Shown: in pieces, positions 12,131-21,708 of the stretch | How positions within the stretch are numbered: the stretch's first letter is position 1 | Layout: each line of letters starts with the position of its first letter | Origin: Mustelus asterias | Lineage: Eukaryota | Length of the DNA stretch: 64,000 nucleotides | Direction: 5' to 3' | NCBI RefSeq assembly: GCF_964213995.1 | Contig: NW_027590139.1 | Location: 124,001-188,000, forward strand | Translations under genes and position numbers: made by a program | Notes under the pieces: generated by a model | Told to the model about the DNA's origin: nothing | Seen by the model: the letters and a program-made list of their open reading frames with translations, nothing else | The model's database searches: none

Positions 12131-12203
12131 CGAGCCAGCCAGGAGTCGAACCTGGAATCTTCTAATCCGTAGTCAGACGCGTTATCCATTGCGCCACTGG
12201 CCC
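12131..12203 (-). tRNA. trnR-ACG: tRNA-Arg(ACG), near-canonical
   Basis: GGGCCAGTGGCGCAATGGATAACGCGTCTGACTACGGATTAGAAGATTCCAGGTTCGACTCCTGGCTGGCTCG, 73 nt. One C>T gives a G.U pair in the anticodon stem; TTTT lies about 9 nt downstream. Confidence 0.93.
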
Positions 12204-12439
12204 ACATATGGGGAATTTGCAACATTTGCTACATATTGGCCAGACGGTTCAAAGCCGGGCAGAAACCAATACGTTTAAGTGAGGAAAGGTTGCTTAATTC
12301 ATATTTTATTTACTGCCATCCCTAATGGCCCTTGAATTCAGTCAATCTGCTGTGTTGGAATTCAGCCTGCTTCTCTGCGTTTAATTTCCAGCGACAGTAA
12401 CACGACTCAACCCCTAACTACTCCCTCTGTGAATCCACT

Positions 12440-13075
12440 GCCGAACATTACCCGAGTAGAATATCTTACAATCAAAGACATTGGCTCTTACTTATGCCTA
12501 AAAATACATTCAGGGAAAAAGAGAAGTGCTGAAAATTCACAACAAAATGAACAGGAAAGAAGATGCGCTTATTGTGACTCAGGAGACATTTTATCAGTTC
12601 GAGGTGGCTACAAGAGCAGGTCAGAGGCTGAGAAACCTGCGGCGAATAACTCACCTCCTGACTCCCAAAAAACAGACCACGATCTACAAGGCACAAATCA
12701 GGAGTGTGACAGAATACTTTCCACTTGTCTGGAGGATGCAGGAATTCACCAAACGCACATTAGACAGCACCTTCAAAACCCAAGACCACTACCACTGGCA
12801 GGTTTGCCCCCATTCCCCCGATCCACTGCATACCCCCTTCCCCCCCCCCCCCCCCCCAACTCAAGTCACTCAGCATTCTGATTTGGAAATATATCACCGT
12901 TCCTTCACTGTCATTGGGATAAATTCCTGGAATTCTCTCCCTAACAGCACTGTGGGTGTACCTACACAAATACACTGCAACGTTTCAAGAAGACAGGTCA
13001 CCACCACATTCTCAAGGGTAATTACTGATGGGCAGTCCATGCTGATCTAACCAAGCGACACCCACATGAACAAAA
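12440..13075 (+). mobile_element. LINE (CR1/L2-group) 3' fragment
   Basis: ORF 12526..13050: RAGQRLRNLRRITHLLTP...IYKAQIRSVTEY...WNSLP, a LINE ORF2 C-terminus. Confidence 0.8.
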
Positions 13076-13464
13076 AGAAACATCCAGCCAGTTCCCCGAA
13101 CCCTCAGTCATGGGGTCAGCTGAAGAGGTGAATGGGGATAAAATGAATGCCCAGTTGCATAGCCAACCCTGTTGAACGTATCTTGATTGTCTATCGAGTG
13201 TGTTGTGCTGATAGATTCCCCGCAGTTTGTGCTCAGGTTCTCAAACTAAACCCCATGAGAACCAATCCCTTCATCTGCACCGCAAAGAAATAAACAAAAT
13301 CTGCAATTTATAGAATCTCATAGAATTTTGTGGGAGAGGACGCCACAATGGTTAGATCTGCTGCCTCAGCATGCCAAGTACGTTGTTTCGATTCCTGGCT
13401 TAGTCACTATCTGTGATGATGAAGATTTGCAGCTTTTACAAGCTGCAGCAATAGCACGAATGCA

Positions 13465-13537
13465 ACCCCATTGCCGTAATGGGTAAGATACTGGCTTTAT
13501 AAACCACGGGTTGTGTACTCGAGTCCCATCTGGAGTG
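13465..13537 (+). pseudogene. tRNA-Arg(CCT)-derived pseudogene
   Basis: accccattgccgtaatgggtaagatactggctttataaaccacgggttgtgtactcgagtcccatctggagtg is co-linear (73 nt) with vertebrate tRNA-Arg-CCT; the anticodon and B-box are mutated. Confidence 0.8.
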
Positions 13538-14095
13538 CAGATATCAAACGGTTAGGTGTCCAACGCTGGCAAATGCATTTCTTATAGACCCTGGCTGTTT
13601 CTGGGAAGATGCATTTTGGGTTAGCACTGCTGCCTCACAGCGCCAGGGTCCCAGGTTCAATTCTTGACCTCGGGTCACAGTATGTGTGGAGTTTGCACTT
13701 TCTCCCTGTCATTTCCTCCGGGTGCTCCGGTTTCCTCCCATAGTGATCTATCTAGATAGATAGTTATATAGTATGCTGCCTTCTGTTAGGCTTTATATAT
13801 GTGCTTGTATATAATGCAGTATACTGCAGATTCTGTAAATCTGAAATAAAAACAGAAAATGCTGGGTTATTTCAGTAGTTCTGGCAGTATCTGCGGAGCG
13901 AGAAACAGAGTTAACGTTTCCAGTCCAGATGTCAGATGGCCAACCCGGACACGATGGGCCGAAGGGCCCCTTTCCGTTCTGTAAAACTTTGTGCCTCTAT
14001 GATCCTTTTTCGGAGTTGGCCAGCGGAAAGCAATCCCGCCGTTTGCACCCGAAACAAATCACAATACCTGACTTGGTCAAAAGGAGGCAATTAAA

Positions 14096-16141
14096 GGGCT
14101 CGTCTAGGATTTGAACCCGGAACCTCCCGCATGTCTCATCGACTAAAATACCCGAGGCTTATGTTCGGATGAGACGTGAGCACTCGGGTAGTGCACTAGA
14201 AAGCTTTAGATTGGCTAAGAGGGAGTTGAAGAGCGAGCTTAGAAGGGCTAAAAGGGGACATGAGAAGACTTTGGCGGATAGGGTTAAAGAGAATCCTAAG
14301 GCGTTCTATAGGTATGTCAAGAACAGAAGGTTGGTTAGGGCAAGTTTAGGGCCAGTTATAGATGGCAGAGGGAAGTTATGTGTGGAACCGGAGGAGATTG
14401 GTGAAGCATTGAACCAATATTTCTCTTCGGTGTTCACGCAAGGGGACATGAATATAGCTGAGGAGGACACTGGGTTGCAAGGGAGTAGAATAGACAGTAT
14501 TACAGTTGATAAGGAGGATGTGCAGGATATTCTGGAGGGTCTGAAAATAGATAAATCCCCTGGTCCGGATGGGATTTATCCAAGGATTCTCTGGGAGGCA
14601 AGAGAAGTGATTGCAGAGCCTCTGGCTCTGATCTTCAGGTCGTCGTTGGCCTCTGGTATAGTACCAGAAGATTGGAGGTTAGCGAATGTTGTCCCATTGT
14701 TTAAGAAGGGGAACAGAGACTTCCCCGGGAATTATAGACCGGTGAGTCTCACTTCTGTTGTCGGCAAGATGTTGGAAAAAATTATAAGGGATAGGATTTA
14801 TAGTTATTTGGAGAGTAATGAATTGATAGGTGATAGTCAGCATGGTTTTGTGGCAGGTAGGTCGTGCCTTACTAACCTTATTGAGTTTTTTGAGAAAGTG
14901 ACCAAGGAGGTGGATGGGGGCAAGGCAGTGGACGTGGTATATATGGATTTTAGTAAGGCGTTTGATAAGGTTCACCATGGTAGGCTTCTGCAGAAAATGC
15001 AGATGTATGGGATTGGGGGTGATCTAGGAAATTGGATCAGGAATTGGCTAGCGGATAGGAAACAGAGGGTGGTGGTTGATAGTAAATATTCATCATGGAG
15101 TGCGGTTACAAGTGGTGTACCTCAGGGATCTGTTTTGGGGCCACTGCTGTTTGTAATATTTATTAATGATCTGGATGAGGGTATAGTTGGGTGGATTAGC
15201 AAATTTGCTGATGACACCAAAGTCGGTGGTGTGGTAGACAGTGAGGAAGGGTGTCGTAGTTTGCAGGAAGACTTAGACAGGTTGCAAAGTTGGGCCGAGA
15301 GGTGGCGGATGGAGTTTAATGCGGAGAAGTGTGAGGTAATTCACTTTGGTAGGAATAACAGATGTGTTGAGTATAGGGCTAACGGGAGGACTTTGAATAG
15401 TGTGGAGGAGCAGAGGGATCTAGGTGTATGTGTGCATAGATCCCTGAAAGTTGGGAATCAAGTAGATAAGGTTGTTAAGAAGGCATATGGTGTCTTGGCG
15501 TTTATTGGTAGGGGGATTGAATTTAGGAGTCGTAGCGTTATGTTGCAACTGTACACAACTCTGGTGCGGCCGCACTTGGAGTACTGTGTGCAGTTCTGGT
15601 CCCCACATTACAGGAAGGATGTGGAGGCTTTGGAGAGGGTGCAGAGGAGGTTTACCAGGATGTTGCCTGGTATGGAGGGGAGATCCTATGAGGAGAGGCT
15701 GAGGGATTTGGGATTGTTTTCGCTGGAAAGGCGGCGGCTAAGAGGGGATCTTATTGAAACATATAAGATGATTAGAGGTTTAGATAGGGTGGATAGTGAT
15801 AGCCTTTTTCCTCTGATGGAGAAATCCAGCACGAGGGGGCATGGCTTTAAATTGAGGGGGGGTAGTTATAGAACCGATGTCAGGGGTAGGTTCTTTACCC
15901 AGAGGGTGGTGAGGGATTGGAATGCCCTGCCAGCATCAGTAGTAAATGCGCCTAGTTTGGGGGCGTTTAAGAGATCCGTAGATAGGTTCATGGACGAAAA
16001 GAAATTGGTTTAGGTTGGAGGGTCACAGTTTTTTTTTAACTGGTCGGTGCAACATCGTGGGCCGAAGGGCCTGTTCTGCGCTGTAATGTTCTATGTTCTA
16101 TGTTCTATGTTCTAATAATCATGCTCTTCGACCAACCAACC
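14096..16141 (-). pseudogene. Intron-containing tRNA-Pro(CGG) pseudogene split by a CR1 insertion
   Basis: 5' part 16141-16115 (ggttggttggtcgaagagcatgattat). 3' part 14155-14096: tCGGg + 19-nt insert (14150-14132) + tgcgggaggttccgggttcaaatcctagacgagccc. Confidence 0.85.
14156..16114 (+). mobile_element. Young 5'-truncated CR1 LINE; uninterrupted 614-aa ORF2 part (RT domain)
   Basis: ORF 14169..16013 has GVPQGSVLGP and KFADDTK, followed by an (ATGTTCT)n tail. Endonuclease domain absent. Confidence 0.97.
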
Positions 16142-16576
16142 TACCCAAAAGCAAGCGTAAGCAAAATATAGCTCATTTCTCTTTCGCCAAAGCAGTTTAG
16201 CCATCTCTGATGAAAGCCGACATTGTTGAAATAATCCACCACATCAGCATTTGTGGACTTAAAGCTCCAGCAAAATATCCGCCCAATATTGCGAACTCGA
16301 CTGGGCGCTTTTGTGTATGAAGTACACATATTACCCGCCAGGCTACACAAAGAATGCCGAATGCCAAGCTGAACGAACGAGAATATTTGCAGTATACCAA
16401 CAGTAATAGCAACTTTGAAAACTCATAATATATCTCGTGAAACAATATAAGTTTGCTATCAATGCTAAAATATTTCTGTTCCGACATTTGCTCTTTTAAT
16501 TACATTTTCTCAATAATGTTACTGGCCACGACTGGAGACTGCAAATAGCCCCGAGCCTGAACGCAACATGGTATCG

Positions 16577-16610
16577 TCCTGCCCTCTGGTGGCAGAGATA
16601 TGGAACTACA
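16577..16610 (-). promoter_or_regulatory. CTCF-like motif with upstream (U) module
   Basis: Reverse complement tgtagttcc-atatct-ctgccaccagagggcagga = TGYAGTTCC U-motif + spacer + core. Confidence 0.7.
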
Positions 16611-16786
16611 AAATGCAGCTTTCTCCCACCTATGAATCTTCAAGACTCATGTTTGTGTTCGACAATTTCCGACGATAAATTCTTCCGCGTTTTTATTTAT
16701 TCCCTTTTTCAAATCTGAGACTGCACCTCGGGTGTAGAATCATTTTTCATGAATCTACCTCTTCTGGAAAAGGCAAACTTTTCCAG

Positions 16787-16885
16787 ATGTGGCTCATGGA
16801 GACTCTGTCACTCAGCCGCGGTCCGCAGCAGTTAAAACAGAAGAACAGGTGACTTTAAAATGGAGTTATAATACCACATTTTACC
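16787..16885 (+). pseudogene. Truncated TCR V fragment (FR1 only)
   Basis: ttccag|..VAHG-DSVTQPRSAAVKTEEQVTLKWSYNTTFY is a paralog of the V at 3237. The first Cys is changed to Trp and the remainder is missing. Confidence 0.85.
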
Positions 16886-17229
16886 CTCTGAAAAGGGCAA
16901 CATTCTGAACAGGTCAATAAAGTTACTTTTCGTACCTCCCTTGTTATAAGCCAAAGAAACCAAATTAGTCTGTTAATCCCTGACACTATTCTGATTTGTA
17001 ACCAATTTGTCCAAACTATGGGTGTTCTCCCGATTTTGTCGTCCCAGGATTTGAACAGCGAACTCCAGCCATGATTTTCACAGATTTAGCATCATTTTCC
17101 CAAATAAATATCAACAGTCACAAAGACCGTGTCTAAAGAGCCGCAATTTAGATTTTTCGGCAGCATGTGTGTCTTGTTCTGTATTGTGGTGAGGAACCCA
17201 GTCAACAGCCTAATTCCAGCGCGCAGAAC

Positions 17230-17248
17230 CCGCCACCAGAGAGCGCCA
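17230..17248 (+). promoter_or_regulatory. CTCF-like motif upstream of V leader
   Basis: ccgccaccagagagcgcca, about 290 bp upstream of the ATG at 17519. Confidence 0.55.
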
Positions 17249-17518
17249 CATTCTAGCCTGGGTGCCAGAAACTCACGTGATATTATCACTGACACCTGCA
17301 TGGATGGTAGGCTTGTGAGGTCACAATAGACACAGCCCCCCCCCCCCCCCCCCCCCAACACCCACAAACACAGACACATAAACTCACACTGAGCCACGCA
17401 CACTGACACTCTCACAAACACACTCACTGCAATGAGCTGAACAGAGCCCGGGTTCCCTCTCTCCTTCTCAATCTCTGACTCACTCCGTTCCCATTCAGTG
17501 AGATAGATTCACTCAGAC

Positions 17519-18064
17519 ATGTTTCTGATCTTCCTGGCGGCGCTCTTGCACGGTAAGCACTGGGTAACGTACATCAAGCCAGATAAACACATTAGATGGT
17601 AATATAATTAACCATCACAATTATCGATGTGAGGGGTGAATGGGGGTGGGGGAGGTGGGGGTGGGAGTGGGGGAGGTGGGGGTGGGGGGTGGGGGGGGGG
17701 AGGGGCGGGTGCTGCAGAAACGATCGCAGACACAAACATTAACTCTTGATATTTCATTCCTCTACCTTCACAGGCGGACTGTGCGCAGATCCAGTAGCAG
17801 TCATCGCTGCCAATAACCGCATCAGAAGGGGATTCAGTGCAGTTGGGTTGTGAATATACAGACAAGGGTATGTACAGCATGCAATGGTATCAGCAGGAAC
17901 CGACACAACCAGCGACATGGATTATTACCAAAGCATTAACAGTGAAGGAAGATGAAGTTTCGGGTCGATATCTGGCGGCTTCTGACGCGTCTAAACAGAA
18001 CGGTTACCTCAATATAAGCACCCTCAGTGTGGAGTACGGGGCGGTCTATTACTGTGCAGTGAGG
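17519..18064 (+). pseudogene. TCR alpha-like V segment with 2-nt frameshift (leader 17519-17552, V exon 17774-18064)
   Basis: Leader MFLIFLAALLHG|gtaag. Exon GLCADPV-(g)-QSSLPITASEGDSVQLGCEY...WYQQ...GAVYYCAVR. Leader frame and V frame differ at about 17797. Confidence 0.9.
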
Positions 18065-18103
18065 CACAGCGTTAGATTAAAGGTAAAACCCCGTACAAAA
18101 ACC
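18065..18103 (+). other. 23-RSS
   Basis: CACAGCG + 23 nt + ACAAAAACC. Confidence 0.95.
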
Positions 18104-18258
18104 TCAGCGAGTATTTACAGCTCCATTAAGTTTCCTCCTGCGCGAATGGTTTGACCCGGCTTCAAGAAGACAGTCATTTCTATTTAGGGTAGAGCCGACG
18201 GGATGATTGGATATCACCTGAAGACTCTGTCAGCAATAAGCCAATAAGCAGATGGTGT

Positions 18259-18766
18259 TGTGGTGAACCATCGTTGGTTCCCACTAGGTAGTACTGAGCC
18301 AGGGTCTGGCCAGTACGACGAGTCTGTATATATGTTGCTGTTGGGATTAGGGATGGGTTGTTCTATTTGTTACTGTTGGGGTTAGGGTTGGGCTGTTACA
18401 CCTGTATTATAGTTATTATGGTACATCCCAGTCGGGCTCCACCTCCTGGGAGAGGTATAAAGGTCACTGCTCTGCTTGGGACCCCTCAGTCTGGGATCGT
18501 GTACTATATATGGTAGCTTCGTTGTAATAGTAAATAAAAGCCTTTATTTCCTTGAGCATCTCAAGCCTCGTGAGTAATATCGCGCATCAATTTTATTTAC
18601 TATTAATTAAACTCTCGTCGTTAAAAAAAAGGAAAACGATACAGAGAGTATGGAACAAGTAGAACAACCCATCCCTAACCCCAACAGCAACATATATACA
18701 GACTCGTAGTACTGGCAAGACCCTGGCTCAGTACTACCTAGTGGGAACCAACGATGGTTCACCACA
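18259..18766 (+). mobile_element. LTR-derived fold-back element with 113-bp inverted termini and 5-bp TSD
   Basis: 18259-18371 is the reverse complement of 18654-18766 (about 4 mismatches). GGTGT flanks both ends (18254-58, 18767-71). TATAA at 18456, AATAAA at 18533, LTR-like end gcatCA at 18589. Confidence 0.85.
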
Positions 18767-18926
18767 GGTGTTATCTAATATTCTCTTAATTCTCGATCCA
18801 GTGATCTCAGCTCTTCCTCCCATTGATTCTGTAGGATGTGACATCCACTGCTCTCAGCTTTATCTCGTTCGATATTCTGCAACTTTCGGAGACACAAGTC
18901 TCGGGAATCCAGGAGCAGCAGCAGCG

Positions 18927-19845
18927 ATGCGGAGCTCCCTTCTCGCTGTTTTCTGGGTGACATTCATTGTCGGTAAGAAGTTTGAAACTTGAAAAAGAGT
19001 AAAAGGGAGTTTAATTTATGGAGGAATAAGTTTGAAAAGCAGGACTTTCGTGTTAAACAAGTATTAGACCTGCCTTAGAGCACAAATGAATCTTTGTGGC
19101 TTTGGTCTTTTGGAGAACAGGTTCTAAAAGCGCACAGCAAAGGCGATTTAAAGAGATGGTACCAGGGTTGGAAGATGAGAGCTATCAGAAAGCATTATAA
19201 AAATTATGATTACTCTCTCTCTGGACGAGAAGACAATCAGGTAATCTGACTGATTTCTGGACAATGATGATCAAATCAATTTAAATAATAATAAAGCAAA
19301 TCAAAGAGATTTAGTGTGCTGGACGGGGAGAGGATGATTCCATCTGGGGAGAATTACATATCTGTGTCCCATAAATCTAAGTGAAACAAAAAGATCAACT
19401 GGGAATTACAGAGAAACTTTTTTTGAAAGAGTTCTGTAGAAGTGACTCACACTGACACAATGAACTGTTGAGGAGAGGAGTAACGATGCATTTGAGGGCA
19501 AACTAGAGAACCCGCTGAGGTAGAAAGGGATAGAGGTATTTGAGATGAGGCAGGAGGGAGGATTCTCTGAGGGATTGTGAAAGGGGAGATAGATCAGTTG
19601 GAGTGAATGTGTTAGAATTTAATACCTTCTTTTATGTTACACTGATTTTTCACCCTTGCTTCAAGTGAACTTTTAATCAATGACTTTTGTTTGTTAACCT
19701 TGTGTTCTCGATCTGAACGATGGAGATTCTGTTACTCAGCGGGAATCCTCACTCACACAGACAGAGGGAGAAGATGTCACTTTAATCTGCACCTATACCG
19801 ACGATGCTTATTATTTATTCTGGTATTGTCAATACCCAGGCAGAC
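18927..19845 (+). pseudogene. TCR V pseudogene truncated in FR2 (leader 18927-18972, V exon from 19711)
   Basis: Leader MRSSLLAVFWVTFIVG|gtaag; acceptor mutated (tcg). Exon LNDG-DSVTQRESSLTQTEGEDVTLICTYTDDAYYLFWYCQYPGR then runs into CR1. The intron is expanded by an old CR1 relic. Confidence 0.92.
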
Positions 19846-20925
19846 ATCCCTCCAAACTATCCACAACACCATCAACTTTCGTGTCGTCGGCAAACTTACC
19901 AACCCATCCCTCCACTTCCTCATCCAGTCATTTATGAAAATGACAAACATCAAGGGTCCCAGAACAGATCCTTGGGGCAATCCACTGGTGACCGACCTCC
20001 ATTCGGAAAAAGTCCCATCTACAACCACTCTCTGCCTTCTGCAGGCAAGCCAGATCTGAATCCACAAGGCAACAGCCCCTTGGATCCCATGCCCTCTCAC
20101 TTTCTCGAGAAGTCTTGCATGGGGGACCTTATCGAATGCCTTGCTGAAGTCCATGTAAACCACACCTACCGCCTTTCCTTCGTCAATGTGTTCAGTCACA
20201 TTTTCAAAGAACTCCACCAGGCTCGTAAGGCACGATTTGCCTTTGACAAAGCCGTGCTGACTATGTTTGAGCATCCTAAACTTCTCTAAATGTTCATAAA
20301 TCCTGTCCCTCAGGATTTTCTCCATCAACTTACCAACCACTGAGGTTAGACTCACCAGTCGGTAATTTCCTGGGCTATCCCTATTCCCTTTCTTCAATAT
20401 AGGAACCACATCCGCAATCCTCCAATCCTCCAGAACCTCTCCCGTCTCCATCGATGATGCAAAGATCATCGCCAGAGGCTCTGCAGTCTCTTCCCTCGCC
20501 TCCCACAGTAACCTGGGGTACATCCCACCCGGTCCCAGCAACTTATCTATCTTGATGCTATTCAAAATTTCCAACACATCCTCTTTCTTAATGTCCTCAT
20601 ACTCAATCTTTTCAGTCCACCTCAGTCCTGTAGTACAACCACCCATGTCTTTTTCCACCGTGAATACCGAGGTAAAATATTCATTAAGCACCTCTGCTAT
20701 TTCTTCCAGTTCTGTACAGACTTTCTCACCTTCATATTTTATAGGTCCTATTCCTTCACATCTCATCCTTTTACTCTTCACATATTTATAGAACGCCTCA
20801 GGGTTCTCCTTAATCTTACCTGCCAAGGCCTTCTCGTGACCGCTTCTTGCTCTCCTAATTTCTTTCTTAAGTCCCTTCCTACAAGCTGTGTACTCATCTA
20901 GATCCCTATCATCGCCTAGCTCTCT
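19843..20925 (-). mobile_element. CR1 LINE internal fragment lacking both ends
   Basis: ORF 19777..21051 has CR1 RT motifs (DFSKAFDKVPH, GLPQGSVLGP); the element stops just past FADD with no 3' tail. Confidence 0.95.
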
Positions 20926-21519
20926 TTTATGAACTCTCTGAATATTCAATTCAGAATGAGGAGATGCATAATAAATAAATGTATTGATGTTAAGTGTTGA
21001 ATAATGAAACAAATACCGAGTAAAATAGATTGACAATGATGCATTTACCACAGTGGTTCATTTTCAGTTTTTGTTTCAGATTCCAGCATCCACAGTTTTT
21101 TGCTTTTATTTATTCGCTCTGACCTGGGCCTCAAAATTCATTCAGGGCATTCGGAAATACTGGATTTTCATGAGAAGAAAAAGAGGAGCATGTTCTCCAG
21201 GAGCACCTGGAGAACGTGCAGACTCCGCACAGACAGTCACCCAAGCCGAGAAACGAACATGAGTCCCTGGTGCTATAATGGTTGTCCACAGAGAGAATGT
21301 GGACAGCCATTAGCAGTCTTTTCCCCTGGTTTCTGTGGCTATGGCTCATCTTTCATTCCCTCACCCTGCAGTATAAATACCTCCCACTTGCTATTTCTTT
21401 TTGCTTTGATAAAGGGTCATCTGGACTCAATATTGCAAATATCTCTGACATTAAGTGATGTCCATCTTTGTGCGGGGCAAACGTGCTCCATTTGGACAGA
21501 AGGTGAAGTGTCGGAATAG

Positions 21520-21708
21520 ATGCGCCCCTAAAAAAGATGACGACGATGTGGGGGCGGGGCTTTGGGCGGTGCCCGCAGAACGCTAAGGCGGTTGGGCTTG
21601 CACATGCGCATTGGAGCGGGAGTGTTTTGTTGACGGAAATACGCGGCTTCTTCTCTTGATCGGAATCAGATTTGAAAGGGGGGACGATTAACTGTCGGCG
21701 GCGTTGTC
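21520..21708 (+). promoter_or_regulatory. CpG-island promoter of the EMC4 copy
   Basis: GC box ggggcggggc, NRF1-like tgcacatgcgca and ETS cggaaat in a CpG-rich stretch. Confidence 0.7.

Noticed and set aside
14169-16013. Domesticated or autonomous RT gene
   Set aside because: 5'-truncated, no endonuclease or promoter, retains the CR1 tail; the open frame reflects young age.
17608-17880. Proline-rich ORF
   Set aside because: Antisense reading of the G-rich V intron.
18254-18771. RAG/Transib/ProtoRAG transposition product (TIRs + 5-bp TSD inside a TCR locus)
   Set aside because: Termini are TGTGG...CCACA, not CACAGTG-like, there is no nonamer, and the interior has LTR features.
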